NCBI GenBank assembly: GCA_913043225.1
Contig: CAJWLU010000016.1
Coordinates: forward strand, 9,135 to 73,134
DNA from: an uncultured Acidobacteriota bacterium
Lineage (GTDB): Bacteria; Acidobacteriota; Vicinamibacteria; Vicinamibacterales; UBA8438
DNA length: 64,000 bases
Direction of reading: 5' to 3'
The position numbers and the translations under genes were made by a program. A model generated the notes under the pieces. The model ran no database searches. It was given only the letters and a program-made list of their open reading frames with translations, and was not told the DNA's origin. Below are positions 22,830 through 33,367 of this stretch, piece after piece; position 1 is the first letter of the stretch, and each line of letters starts with the position of its first letter.

Positions 22830-23600
22830 GTGAACGATCAACCCCTATTCACCCGTCCCGCGGAGGAGGCACCGGCCGAGAACGCCTCAGGCCAGACCCC
22901 CAAGGACCGCATTCGGGCCCTGGTCGAGGTCGTGATCTGCTCGGGTTTTCCGACCCAGCTGCTGATCGTGCTGGCCTTGAGCCTGTTTGGTTGGATGCCG
23001 ACCGACGGCGAGGGTTCGCTCTCGCTAGCCTACATCGTCACGCTGTCGCTCGTCGATGCCGCGCTGCTCGTAGGTCTGGTCTGGCTCTTCCTCACCCTGC
23101 AGGACGAACACCCCGGCGAACTCCTCCTTGGCAACCGGCCGGTCCCCAGGGAGGTGACGCTGGGAATCCTGCTATTACCGGTGGCGCTGCTCCTCACCGC
23201 GGTCAGCTTCGCACTGGTCCTGCAGTTCGCGCCAACCCTACGTAACGTCCCGGTGAACCCGCTCGAAGCGTTGATAGCCAGCCCGATGGCGATCGCCTGG
23301 TTCGCGCTGGTGGCCGTGGTGGCCGGTGGCATCCGGGAAGAGATCCAGCGCGCGTTCATCCTCCACCGCTTCGAACAGCGACTCGGCGGCGCCGTGGTCG
23401 GCCTGGTAGTGTTCAGCGTCGCCTTCGGCCTAGGGCACCTCGTGCAGGGCCGGGACGCTGCCATCGTCACCGGGGTGCTAGGCGCCTTCTGGGGTACGGT
23501 CTATCTCAGTCGGCGCAGCGTGGTCGCACCCATGGTGTGCCACGGACTGTTCAACCTGTTCGAGATCGGAATCGCATGGCTAGGCGGCGCCGGAGGCTAG
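22830..23600 (+). CDS. CPBP (CAAX/Abi) family intramembrane glutamic endopeptidase
   Basis: EEIQR, FGLGH and HGLFN motifs within multiple TM helices. Confidence 0.88.
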   Translation: MNDQPLFTRPAEEAPAENASGQTPKDRIRALVEVVICSGFPTQLLIVLALSLFGWMPTDGEGSLSLAYIVTLSLVDAALLVGLVWLFLTLQDEHPGELLLGNRPVPREVTLGILLLPVALLLTAVSFALVLQFAPTLRNVPVNPLEALIASPMAIAWFALVAVVAGGIREEIQRAFILHRFEQRLGGAVVGLVVFSVAFGLGHLVQGRDAAIVTGVLGAFWGTVYLSRRSVVAPMVCHGLFNLFEIGIAWLGGAGG

Positions 23601-23612
23601 CCGCAGACCGGT

Positions 23613-24137
23613 CTACGGACCAACCCTGAGTACATCCGCGCGCGCGATTAACGACGCAATCCACTCGTCAACCAGATCCGATCGCACATCGGACGAAGGG
23701 AAGCGGCCGGCAAGGTAAAGCTCAATCCGAAGATCGTCGCGCACGATCTGGAACACGTCGCTCCGCTCGAGCCCCACCAGCGGCAAGAGCGACTCGAAGA
23801 AGGACGTGCCCCCGACCCGCTCGACCACCTCGCTAAATCGTGCCGTCACCTCTGCCGCGGTGGGATCGTCGACGACATAGCGCTCGACCTCGGCCAGGAC
23901 CAGCTGCCGCTCGATCAGGGAGGTGAGCACCCGCTCGTCGGCGTCGGCCGTGGCCGGCGGTGCCACCAAACCGAGCTCGGAAAAGGCGCGCACGTCGGAG
24001 CGCATGATGATCTGGCCATCGACGAACGCCAGAACGCTGTCGAGAAGCTCCGCGCCCTCAGGCTGCCCTGCCCGGGCGCTACCCGCGACGATCAGCATCG
24101 CCATAACCACCGTCACCAGTCTTCGCCCCACGTCCAT
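23613..24137 (-). CDS. Periplasmic SurA N-terminal-domain-like protein
   Basis: Signal peptide, LLDSVLAFVDGQIIMRSDV, LTSLIERQLVLAE, terminal WIASLIARADV; downstream of an Omp85 gene. Confidence 0.65.
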   Translation of the reverse strand: MDVGRRLVTVVMAMLIVAGSARAGQPEGAELLDSVLAFVDGQIIMRSDVRAFSELGLVAPPATADADERVLTSLIERQLVLAEVERYVVDDPTAAEVTARFSEVVERVGGTSFFESLLPLVGLERSDVFQIVRDDLRIELYLAGRFPSSDVRSDLVDEWIASLIARADVLRVGP

Positions 24138-24179
24138 TAATGTACACCGCGGACAGACAAGCGACGCGTGGCAGTGGTT

Positions 24180-27107
24180 CTAGAAAGCTTGACCGATGGA
24201 GAGATGGAGCGCGGTAGGGCTCTCGAGCTCGCCGGCGAACTCCCGCCGGTCCAGCTTGAACCCGAGATCCACCCGGATCGGCCCAACCGGCGAACCATAG
24301 CGTATGCCGAAGCCGGCGCCGCCCCTGATCCGTCCAAGGCTGAGGTTGGCGGCGCGATCGAATACGTTGCCAACGTCGAGAAACCCCACCACCTGGATGG
24401 ACTCGGTCACCGGCACCCGTAGCTCAGAGTTCAACACCATGAGGGCATTGCCACCGGTCGGGAAACCGTTCGGATCGATGGTGAGCCCATCACCCAGGCG
24501 GTCGAGGGCGAACCCACGCACCGTGGTGTCTCCCCCGGCGAAGAACCGTTCGCTCGCCGGCAGCGCCTGCACCACGTTGACCGCCTCTCCTGGCACCAGT
24601 ACCAGCACTCCGTCGTCACCAAAAACCGGTGTCGGGGGCCCGGCCAACTCAAGCACGAAGCCGCGCGCCAGACCGAGACGGCCACCGCCGGCGAAAACCA
24701 CGCCGCCAGGAAGCTCGCGATAGATGAAGCCCTGGACCGTGGCCTTGGCAAAGCCGACCTCTGAGCCAAGCCGCCGGAACGCCACTTCGCTCTCCACTCC
24801 CACCAGTTCGCCGTCGGTGGTGTCCAGCGGGTCGTCTCGCGAGTCGCTTACCAGCGACGTAGTGAAGCTGGAGAGTGTCACCTCGGGAAACAGCCGGTCG
24901 ACCAGCGGACGGTCTGCGGGCAACAGCTGCTCGTTGGTCACGCGGTTGCGCCCGTAGGTGTAGCCCACCGTCGCGCTGGTGGTCAAACCGAGCGCGCGGA
25001 CCAACTCGACGTTGACGCCGCGGCTGAACAGGTCGAAGCTGGGCCGGATGGCCTGTTCGATGAAGCCCGAGACCAGCAGATCGCCCACCTGGCGGAAAGC
25101 CCTGGGCTCACGGTAGTTAAGCAGCATGCGGTATTCGTTGAACCCGAGCCCAGACTCGGTCATCTCGGTCGCCGATTCCCCATCTCGCCGCACACTGACG
25201 CGGGTGAAGAGATCGATCGAACGGTTCTTGCCCCAGAGGTTGCGGCGCCCGATCTCGAAGAACCCGCGTGGGGCGAACTCGAGCCGCTCGGCGGCCACAC
25301 CCGTGTCGGTAGCGCGCAGACGCTCATTGACTTCGAGCCCACCGCCGTAGCCCACACGGGTGGCCGGCGCCTCTTCCACCACCACCACGACATCACGCCG
25401 AAGCTGGTCGCCATGGCTGAACTGCCGCAGGTCAACGCCGCGGAACAGTCCGAGCGCCGCCAGCCGCCGGCGGGTCTGGTCCAGATCGTCCTGCCCGAGC
25501 GGCTGCCCCGGTCGCACCGCGAGTTCCTGACGGATCGTCGACGAGTCGATCTGCTGGTTCCCCACGATCAGCACGTGGTCCACCAGGATCTGCGGCCCCT
25601 CTACGATGACGAAAGCGAGATCAACCACCGTCCCGCGCTCGTCGAAACCAGGCTGCACCTCGACCGACGCGCTTTCGTAACCCTCATTCAGATAGAGCGC
25701 CTGGAGGGCCGCCCGACCGGTCGCCACCATCGGCGCGAAGTACGCTGCCCCGGGCACCAACCCAATGAACCCGATCACCTCGGCCAGAGCCGACTCATCG
25801 AAGGCCCTGTTTCCCTCGAAACGCAGGGTCCCCAACGCGGTCGGCGCGCCCTCGAAGACCTCAACCACGAGCGAGACCGGGACCACTGCCGGGGTGTCGG
25901 CGCCGGTGTCGGCCTCCTTCAGGCGCGGCTGCACCACCACGCCGCGATAGCCCAACGCCGCATACCGATCTGCAATCGCGGCACCTCCAGTCTGGAGCGC
26001 CTCCATGACCAGCGGCTCACCCACGCGCATCGCTAGAAGGTCGCGCAACTCCAGCTCGGCCAGCACGGCGTGCCCTTCAAACTCGACCGACACAAGGCGA
26101 TACTCAGCGCCCCGGTCGACGTCGAACACGACCGTCAGCAACCCAAGCTCGTCCAAGCGACGGTGGACCACGCGCGCATCTCGATAGCCGAGCCCGCGCA
26201 GGTAGTCTTCGACCCGCAGACTCGAGTCCTCGAGCAGGTCCTCGTCAATCGATCCCTCGTCGGCGACCGGCACGAGCTCGTCGAGGTTGGCGTCTGGAAC
26301 AGGGTCGCCGGCGAAGCGGACCGTTACCGGCGAGCCGGTCTCGATGTCGAGGACGACGTCCACCGAGAGCCCGTCCGGCGTCGGAATCGCATCGTGCCGC
26401 AGGCGCGCCTCGTAGTAGCGACGACCACGAACCTCCGACTCAAAATCGGCCAGCCGCTCGTCCAGGCCGACCGGGTCGTAGACACCGCCCTCGACCAGCC
26501 CTAGACGCTCCAGGACCCCGGAACGTCCATCCTCCAGCGCCCCCCGAAGCTCGATCGACGCAATCTGGGCGGGTGGCCCCTGATCGATGTCGAACCGCAG
26601 CCGACCGGCGCCGAGCGGCGCCGGTTCGATGCGGGCCGCAAACCGTCCCAATGCGCGGTACTCAGCTTCGAGCAGCACCACCGCGTCGTCCAGTTCCTCG
26701 GTCCGCACGACGCGACCGAACCTCCGCGTGACCACGTCGATCAACTCACTGGCGGGCCGGCCCAGATCGCCCTGCATCTCGAACCCGATCCGCCGGTCCA
26801 GCGCTACGAGGTCGTAGCGCAGCACGACGCCGTTGTCGCGCATCCAGCCGCTCACCACCACGTCGAAAAAATCGCCGAGTGCGTAGAGGTGGGTAATGCT
26901 CTCGCGCACCTCTCGGAGCGAGAGTGGTTGCGCCTCGCGCGTCTCGATCAGCCCTAACCTCGTCTCGTCGCGCTGGGGCACGCCGTCGACGAACAGCTGC
27001 ACCTCGACCACCGGCCGTCCAACCAGCTCGACCACCTCGGCCGCAGACACCGGCGCCGCCGCCAGCACCGCCGCTAGCAGCAGCCGACACGGACCCGCCT
27101 GCCTCAA
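24180..27107 (-). CDS. Omp85 (TamA/BamA) family outer-membrane protein with multiple POTRA domains
   Basis: Repeated POTRA motifs (Y..LGY..A.V, V.EG), barrel with NLWG, lid motif VRGF and terminal SIGQAF. Probable TTG start 27107 overlaps the tamB stop. Confidence 0.88.
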   Translation of the reverse strand: MRQAGPCRLLLAAVLAAAPVSAAEVVELVGRPVVEVQLFVDGVPQRDETRLGLIETREAQPLSLREVRESITHLYALGDFFDVVVSGWMRDNGVVLRYDLVALDRRIGFEMQGDLGRPASELIDVVTRRFGRVVRTEELDDAVVLLEAEYRALGRFAARIEPAPLGAGRLRFDIDQGPPAQIASIELRGALEDGRSGVLERLGLVEGGVYDPVGLDERLADFESEVRGRRYYEARLRHDAIPTPDGLSVDVVLDIETGSPVTVRFAGDPVPDANLDELVPVADEGSIDEDLLEDSSLRVEDYLRGLGYRDARVVHRRLDELGLLTVVFDVDRGAEYRLVSVEFEGHAVLAELELRDLLAMRVGEPLVMEALQTGGAAIADRYAALGYRGVVVQPRLKEADTGADTPAVVPVSLVVEVFEGAPTALGTLRFEGNRAFDESALAEVIGFIGLVPGAAYFAPMVATGRAALQALYLNEGYESASVEVQPGFDERGTVVDLAFVIVEGPQILVDHVLIVGNQQIDSSTIRQELAVRPGQPLGQDDLDQTRRRLAALGLFRGVDLRQFSHGDQLRRDVVVVVEEAPATRVGYGGGLEVNERLRATDTGVAAERLEFAPRGFFEIGRRNLWGKNRSIDLFTRVSVRRDGESATEMTESGLGFNEYRMLLNYREPRAFRQVGDLLVSGFIEQAIRPSFDLFSRGVNVELVRALGLTTSATVGYTYGRNRVTNEQLLPADRPLVDRLFPEVTLSSFTTSLVSDSRDDPLDTTDGELVGVESEVAFRRLGSEVGFAKATVQGFIYRELPGGVVFAGGGRLGLARGFVLELAGPPTPVFGDDGVLVLVPGEAVNVVQALPASERFFAGGDTTVRGFALDRLGDGLTIDPNGFPTGGNALMVLNSELRVPVTESIQVVGFLDVGNVFDRAANLSLGRIRGGAGFGIRYGSPVGPIRVDLGFKLDRREFAGELESPTALHLSIGQAF

Positions 27108-30100
27108 AAGCTGTGCCTCACACGGAAGTCGAGCGCGTAGGTGCGGTCTTCGTTCTGGGACAGGATCCAAGACAATCGGTCGCTCTGGTCGTACTCGAGA
27201 ACCATGATCAGGTCACGGTTCGCACCACTGAGCGCACGCGACAAGGTGAGATGCGCGCGGTTCGAAATCCGCTTACCGATCAACACCCGTGCGGTCGGGT
27301 TGAGCTGCGCCGATTGCTGCGACGACGGGTCACCGAGTGACGGCGTGATCTGGAAGGTATCGACGCCAAACGATTCCTGTACCACGCGGCCAACGCCGGA
27401 CGACAACGGCGTCGTGAGCAGTCTGGCCGCGCCCGCCTGGAAGCGCTGCTGCTGCGCTAGCTCTGGCGCCCTCGCGGCGCGCAGGTCCGCGCTCAGTGGA
27501 TCTCGTCTGTCGCCCAACAACATCGACAGGATGTCGACTTCGGGGAGTGGCGGGTCGGAAGACAGCGATGGCACTAGCCGTTCGAGCGTGCCCTGCGCAC
27601 GGAGCGTGACGCGGTAGGTCTGCCCGGGCACCCGATGATCAGTCTCAAGCTCGACATCGATGAAAGGTTCGATCTCTTCCGGGTTGGTGAAACCGACCGT
27701 CCCGTAATTCAAGCGATAGCGGTTCCCCTCGATAAAGGTTTCGCCGCTCTCGAACTCGACGGTGCCGAACAGCGTCGGTTGAGCCAACGTCCCCTGGTAG
27801 GCGAGGTCGGCACTCGCGACGGCCCGGATGCTATTGCTGGTCATCCTCAGGGTCGAAGGGGCCACGATCTCAACGTCGAAGCGCAGGGGCATCGCCTGCT
27901 CCTCGGCCAGGGCTTCGGTTTCGGTTCCCAGACTCAATCCGCCGCCGAACAACCCGTCGCCGAGATCGAACCCGTCGAGCAGCACGGCGTCGAGCACGTT
28001 GACATTGCCCGAGAGTAGCGGTGCAGCGACATCGCCCGTCAGTTCCAACTCGGCATCGATCTGCGAGCGGAAGCCCTCGGGGTAGCGTAGCTGCATCCGT
28101 TCACCCCGAAGCGTCACCGCGAGTTCGCTGGGCTGGAACCCGGCGAGCCCGATCCGGCCTCCGATGGTCACCGGGCCGCCGCCCATCCGTCCCGGCACGT
28201 CGTCGAACCTGATCTCGCCTGGCGTGAACACCACCCGCCCGTTGATCTCCTCGAGCCCATGCGGCAGCGAGAGGTGACGAAGCCGTCCGTCGGTCAGAGT
28301 GGCCCCGCCGCTGAGCACCGGTCGAGCCGCCGGTCCCTGCACCTGGGCTTCGACAACCGCCGCACCCGATCCGCGGAAGTCGGGGAGGAAGCCTTGGAGG
28401 ATACCGACACTGGCATCGCCGTTCACGTCGATGGCCAAATCGTCGGCTACGAGATCCGCGCTACCCGAGAGCTCGAGCGAAGTGCCCTCACCCACAAGTC
28501 GGAATGCATCGATCCCGATGTTGCGCTTCTTGAGCGAGAGCTGGATCGGTCCCTCGTTGCGAACGTCGTAGTCGAACACGCTCAGGTCCGCCTGCTCGAT
28601 CACGGCCTCGGCACCCAGGTGGTCCCAGTTGCCGAGTTCCCCATGTACCTGCATGGATCCGCTGAGCACGGCCCGGGTAAACGGCGACCACTCTGGGACG
28701 AACATCCGTACGTAGGGGTCAAGCGACCAGTTCGCCACGCGGAACGACAGGTCGGCGTCGTAGGGCACTGCCATGCCTACCTGGCCGGTCGCAGACACGA
28801 AGATCGTGGACGACGCGGCTTCGAGATCGAGCGACAAGGCTCCATCTCGAACGTCGAGCAGTCCGGTGACGGTGCCCACTTCCTCGTCGCCGATGAACAT
28901 GTCGTGCACGGTAGCGCGCACCGAATAGCGCGGGTCGTCGAAGATGCCCACCCCGGAGGCCGACCCCTCGAGGGTCCCGGACGGCTGCTGCGGCAGCATG
29001 GGGAGGAAGTTGATGGTGTCGACGCCGACGTTCCGGGCATCGAGATTGAACGAGTAGGACGCGTCCCACTCGATGAAAGCCGCTCCGGTGGCCGTGCCCT
29101 CCCCTTTCTGGATCTCCAACCCGTTCAGCCGGACGCCCGTACCCTCGAAGAGCAGGTCGGCCGACACAGCGTCGAACGGTTCGCCGTAGGCGGTGGGGTG
29201 ATCGAGTTCCATTCTCCCAAAGCCGAACAACCGCCGGTAGGCGCCGTAGAGATGCACCTCACCGGTGGTCGGTCCTTCGATCGAGTAGCCCTCTTGCAGC
29301 CCGAACGCGGCGCGAATGTTGGCGGAGGGGAACCGACTGAAGCGGAACACGCCGTTCATCTCCTCGCCGCCATCGGTCCGGGGCCGGGAGAGCGAAAAGA
29401 GTCCGTCGACACTCAGCTGCGCCGCGCCACGCCTGAACGCACCATCGCTCAGGTCGAGATAACCGTTCTCGACCACGAGCTCGCCCGCGCCGTGACCCCA
29501 CTCGACGTTCCAGGCCCGCAGTCCCTCGCCGTCGAACCGGGCTTCGACCCGAGGATCGGACACATCGCCCAGCATCACGCCGTCGAACGTCCCGGCGCCA
29601 TCGATGGCAAACGTTCCGGTCGGCGCTCCGAAGGCGGTCATGGTGGCCGCCAGCAGTCGGTCGCTTTCCTGCCAGTCGGTGCTCACGACAAGGAACGGAA
29701 TCTCCGTCTCGGTGCCAAACCGGCTTCGGCCGTCGAAGGTGATGTGGGTCGATGGCGTCGACAGCTGTCCGTTGGCGAGCTCGATCCAGCCATCCTGCAT
29801 CCGGTAGTCGACGCCGCCGCCGAAGGGGAAGGCGAAGGTCAAGAGGTCCGGCTCCCGCCCTGCCCGAGCCTCGACCGCAACGCCGGCGCTCGCCGGAAGC
29901 TCGGGACCGGCCACCTGCATCCCCTCTGGGGGCGTGAGGCTGATCGATCCGCTGTTCCATATGCCACCGTCCGGCCCCTTGGGCCATTCGAGCAGGTTGC
30001 GGCCCGACGCCCGACCGAGCGGCTCGATGCCGCGCAGGTCGAACACACGGGCCACCGACAGCACTTGGAGACCGTCATAGCGCACCTCGAAGCGCTTCTG

Positions 30101-31282
30101 CCAGGGGTCCTCCTCGTTAGTCTTGGCCATCAGGAAGTCGTAGCTCGCCTTCCCGCCATACGGCATCGACACGCCGTCCCAGATCTCGAAACTATCCCGC
30201 TGCCAGCGAAGAACCCCGCCAAAGTCGGGCAAGTCGAACTCGCCCGCCGCAATCGCGAACCCAGCCTGGGGGCTGGCGAACGTGCCCTTGAGATCGTGGC
30301 CTCCTTCAAACAAGTCGAAGCTGCCACTGAAGTGCCCCTTGCCCGACGTCGTGAACTCGTCGGCGGCGAAGAAAATCTCGCGCATCCGTTTGAAGTCGAT
30401 GTCCGACTCCAGCGTGTAGGACATGCTCGGAAAGCTCGCCGCGTCGAGGTAGCCCTTGAGTTCGGTGCTTGCGCCGTCGGTCTCGAGTCCGATGCGGCTG
30501 ACGTAGACGTCGGCACCGTCGAGCAGAAAGTCGAACTCAGCGTCGGCCCACATCGGCTCGTAGTCGGCGATCTGTACCATGCCCCCGGAGAAGGAGGCGT
30601 GCCCGCGGTAGTCGAGTACCTTGGTGATGCTGAAGTCGAGATTGGGTGCCACCACGCTCCAGTCCGAGCCATGGTCATCGAACACGAACTCGCCGTTCGT
30701 AGCGTGGAGATACTGGAGCGTCGTCACGAAGCGGCGGCCGGCATCCTCCTGCTCATTCTCACTAGGCAGCGGCTCCGGCGCCTTCTTCTCCTCTTCCGGC
30801 GCATCCGACTGAGGGACAAAAGCGGGGAAACTATGGCGACCATCTTCGAACGACTCGGTCAGCATCCGCCAGTTGTCCATCAACACCGAATCGACCAGCA
30901 CCTCGCCGTGGAAAAGCGCGGTCCAGTCGGCTGACAGCGTGACCCGTTCCGCGGTGAGGAACGGCCGATCTCCAGGGTTCAGCCCGCCGATGGTGAGGTC
31001 CTCGACGAGAAACCGGCCGGGCACGATGAAGGCGCCGATACGTCCGATCGTCACCTCGCGTTCGAGGTAGTTGGCGGCCTCGCGCTCCGCCCGTGCGCGC
31101 ACCGAGGGCCCAAGATCGATAGTGAAGGTCGCGACCAGGGCTACCGCGAAGGCGACAGCAAGAGCGCCAAGGGTCCAGCGCATGCCCAAGCTCAGCCAGC
31201 GGCGACGGCGCACCCAGGGCGACGGCGCGGCCTGGACTGCGTCCTGCTTCTGGTCGACGGGCGGCGCCGGCGTGTCAGTCAT
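27104..31282 (-). CDS. tamB: TamB/AsmA-like translocation and assembly (lipid-bridge) protein
   Basis: N-terminal TM anchor, about 1390 aa of beta-rich repeats, DUF490-like C-terminus (LSSDPPL, IGKRIS, terminal RHSF); adjacent to an Omp85 gene. Confidence 0.85.
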   Translation of the reverse strand: MTDTPAPPVDQKQDAVQAAPSPWVRRRRWLSLGMRWTLGALAVAFAVALVATFTIDLGPSVRARAEREAANYLEREVTIGRIGAFIVPGRFLVEDLTIGGLNPGDRPFLTAERVTLSADWTALFHGEVLVDSVLMDNWRMLTESFEDGRHSFPAFVPQSDAPEEEKKAPEPLPSENEQEDAGRRFVTTLQYLHATNGEFVFDDHGSDWSVVAPNLDFSITKVLDYRGHASFSGGMVQIADYEPMWADAEFDFLLDGADVYVSRIGLETDGASTELKGYLDAASFPSMSYTLESDIDFKRMREIFFAADEFTTSGKGHFSGSFDLFEGGHDLKGTFASPQAGFAIAAGEFDLPDFGGVLRWQRDSFEIWDGVSMPYGGKASYDFLMAKTNEEDPWQKRFEVRYDGLQVLSVARVFDLRGIEPLGRASGRNLLEWPKGPDGGIWNSGSISLTPPEGMQVAGPELPASAGVAVEARAGREPDLLTFAFPFGGGVDYRMQDGWIELANGQLSTPSTHITFDGRSRFGTETEIPFLVVSTDWQESDRLLAATMTAFGAPTGTFAIDGAGTFDGVMLGDVSDPRVEARFDGEGLRAWNVEWGHGAGELVVENGYLDLSDGAFRRGAAQLSVDGLFSLSRPRTDGGEEMNGVFRFSRFPSANIRAAFGLQEGYSIEGPTTGEVHLYGAYRRLFGFGRMELDHPTAYGEPFDAVSADLLFEGTGVRLNGLEIQKGEGTATGAAFIEWDASYSFNLDARNVGVDTINFLPMLPQQPSGTLEGSASGVGIFDDPRYSVRATVHDMFIGDEEVGTVTGLLDVRDGALSLDLEAASSTIFVSATGQVGMAVPYDADLSFRVANWSLDPYVRMFVPEWSPFTRAVLSGSMQVHGELGNWDHLGAEAVIEQADLSVFDYDVRNEGPIQLSLKKRNIGIDAFRLVGEGTSLELSGSADLVADDLAIDVNGDASVGILQGFLPDFRGSGAAVVEAQVQGPAARPVLSGGATLTDGRLRHLSLPHGLEEINGRVVFTPGEIRFDDVPGRMGGGPVTIGGRIGLAGFQPSELAVTLRGERMQLRYPEGFRSQIDAELELTGDVAAPLLSGNVNVLDAVLLDGFDLGDGLFGGGLSLGTETEALAEEQAMPLRFDVEIVAPSTLRMTSNSIRAVASADLAYQGTLAQPTLFGTVEFESGETFIEGNRYRLNYGTVGFTNPEEIEPFIDVELETDHRVPGQTYRVTLRAQGTLERLVPSLSSDPPLPEVDILSMLLGDRRDPLSADLRAARAPELAQQQRFQAGAARLLTTPLSSGVGRVVQESFGVDTFQITPSLGDPSSQQSAQLNPTARVLIGKRISNRAHLTLSRALSGANRDLIMVLEYDQSDRLSWILSQNEDRTYALDFRVRHSF

Positions 31283-31853
31283 CGCCCTCCGCATCAGTCC
31301 GCACGACGAGCAGTACGGCACCCGCATCGACCGAGTCGCCATCGGTCACGCGCACATCGCTGACGATCCCGGCCGCAGGCGACGGCACCTCGTTCTCCAT
31401 CTTCATCGCCTCGACCACGGCCAGCCCCTGTCCCTCCTCGACGGTGTCACCTATGGCGGCGAGCACCCGGACCACCTTACCCGGCATCGGCGCCGTCACC
31501 GGGGCCTCGCCCTCCACCGGAGCCGCCGCGGCGCTCTTGCGGCGCCGCTGGTCGGCAACCCGGACCTGCACCCGGCGCCCATCGAACCCAAGCAGCAGCG
31601 CGCCCGGGGCCGTCTCGTGGCCGGTAATCTCGTGACTCGCATGACCGCTGTCCCCCAGCACGAGTGACAGCGCGCCCGAGGCGAGCCGAGTCACATCGGC
31701 CACTCGAGTCACATGTATGGCAGTTACCGGGTCGACCCAAGTGACGGCCAGCCGACCATCCTCGGCTGGCGTGACCTCGACTTGCCTGGACCGACCAGCC
31801 ACCTCGACCTCGAATCTAGCCCGCCCGCGCACCGATTCAGTCGCGCTGCTCAT
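31275..31853 (-). CDS. Biotin carboxyl carrier protein of an acyl-CoA carboxylase
   Basis: APMPGKV and biotinylation site EAMKMENE. Confidence 0.9.
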   Translation of the reverse strand: MSSATESVRGRARFEVEVAGRSRQVEVTPAEDGRLAVTWVDPVTAIHVTRVADVTRLASGALSLVLGDSGHASHEITGHETAPGALLLGFDGRRVQVRVADQRRRKSAAAAPVEGEAPVTAPMPGKVVRVLAAIGDTVEEGQGLAVVEAMKMENEVPSPAAGIVSDVRVTDGDSVDAGAVLLVVRTDAEGDD

Positions 31854-33367
31854 CGCTCCCTCACCGCCTCGCTTCGCGCCGCCTGCCGCCAAGCGGACGC
31901 CGTGGAGACCACGGGCGGCTCGGGCGCACGTTCGCCACTAGAGAAGTATGCCAGCAGAGCCGCCGCTACCACCGCCAGCTCCTCCTCGCGCTGTGATAGC
32001 ACCGAGAACGACTCTCCCGCCCGTTTGGTCAGCGCACGGTCGAGGTACCCGGTGTCGAACTCTCCGGCGGCAAAGTCCTCCTGCTCCAAAATCCAGAGCA
32101 ACGCCGGAATCACCGTGATCAACCCGCCGATCTCGTATTCGCGCAGCGCGCGATCCATCCGAATGATCGCCGCCTCTCGGTCGGGCGCCCAGGCGATCAC
32201 CTTCGAGATCATAGAGTCGTAGAACACGGGCACTTCAAAACCGGCCTCGACCCCGCCGTCGTCGCGAATGCCCGGACCAGACGGACTCCGCAGCGACGTG
32301 ATCAACCCCGGCGAGGGCAGGAACCCCCGGTCGGGATCCTCGGCGTACACCCGGCTTTCGATGGCATGGCCCACCGGAGTCAGCGCCCGCTCGGGATCGA
32401 TGGTCAGGCGCTCGCCCTGCGCGATCCGGATCTGCCAGTGCACCAGGTCGATGCCGCTCACCATCTCAGTGACCGGGTGCTCGACCTGCAGCCGCGTGTT
32501 CATCTCTAGGAAGTAGAACTGGCCGTCGCGGTCCAGTAGGAACTCGAGGGTGCCGGCACCCACGTAGCTGACCGCCGACGAAAGCGCCACGGCTGCATCC
32601 GCAAGCGCACGACGAACCTCTAGCGTCACGGCCACCGACGGCGACTCTTCGATCACTTTCTGATGACGACGCTGGATCGAACACTCCCGCTCGACGAATG
32701 GCACCACCGTGCCATGCGTGTCGCCGAGCACCTGCACCTCGATGTGTCTCGCCTTCTCGACCAACCGCTCAAGATAGACCGACCCATCGCCGAAGGCGGT
32801 CTCGGCCTCTGAACGCGCCGAGGCCACCGCCGACACGACACCGTCACTGGTATCGACCCGCCGCATGCCGCGTCCGCCGCCACCGGCCACGGCCTTGATG
32901 AACAGCGGATAACCTACCTCGTCCGTGCGGGCCCGAAGTTCCTCTTCGGACAGCGAGGAGTTCAGGGCCTCGGTGCCAGGCACCACCGGCACACCGGCGT
33001 CGATGGCAGCGCGACGTGCTGCGGTCTTCCCGCCCATGGTCTCGATCACGTCGGCATCGGGGCCAATGAAAGTCAGACCCGCGTCAACGACGGCTCGGGC
33101 GAACGTCGGATTCTCGGCCAGGAAGCCATAGCCGGGGTGCACGGCCGTCGCCTCGGCTGCCGTGGCGGCCGCGAGCACCCGTTCTATGTGCAGGTAGCTT
33201 TCGCCTGGCGGACCCGGTCCCAGCTCGACAGCGTGGTCGGCCATGCGGACGTGGGGCGCCGTGCGATCGCACTCGGAATAAACGGCCACCGACCCCACCC
33301 CCATCTCTCGACAGGCGCGAAGCACGCGGACGGCAATTTCGCCTCGGTTGGCGACCAGAATCTTCAC
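31850..33367 (-). CDS. accC: Biotin carboxylase subunit (AccC/PccA)
   Basis: KILVANRGEIA, HPGYGFLAEN, GGGGRGMR, RECSIQRRHQK, EMNTRLQVEHPVTE, YDSMISK. Confidence 0.93.
   Translation of the reverse strand: MKILVANRGEIAVRVLRACREMGVGSVAVYSECDRTAPHVRMADHAVELGPGPPGESYLHIERVLAAATAAEATAVHPGYGFLAENPTFARAVVDAGLTFIGPDADVIETMGGKTAARRAAIDAGVPVVPGTEALNSSLSEEELRARTDEVGYPLFIKAVAGGGGRGMRRVDTSDGVVSAVASARSEAETAFGDGSVYLERLVEKARHIEVQVLGDTHGTVVPFVERECSIQRRHQKVIEESPSVAVTLEVRRALADAAVALSSAVSYVGAGTLEFLLDRDGQFYFLEMNTRLQVEHPVTEMVSGIDLVHWQIRIAQGERLTIDPERALTPVGHAIESRVYAEDPDRGFLPSPGLITSLRSPSGPGIRDDGGVEAGFEVPVFYDSMISKVIAWAPDREAAIIRMDRALREYEIGGLITVIPALLWILEQEDFAAGEFDTGYLDRALTKRAGESFSVLSQREEELAVVAAALLAYFSSGERAPEPPVVSTASAWRQAARSEAVRER

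Noticed and set aside
22830..23600. CPBP/Abi protein as abortive-infection defence or bacteriocin immunity
   Set aside because: Solitary gene in housekeeping context with no bacteriocin or toxin genes nearby.
28259..30934. 891-aa plus-strand ORF
   Set aside because: Antisense shadow of tamB in high-GC DNA with no recognisable motifs. The same applies to 15298-16545, 14306-15370, 33474-34655 and 44470-45648.
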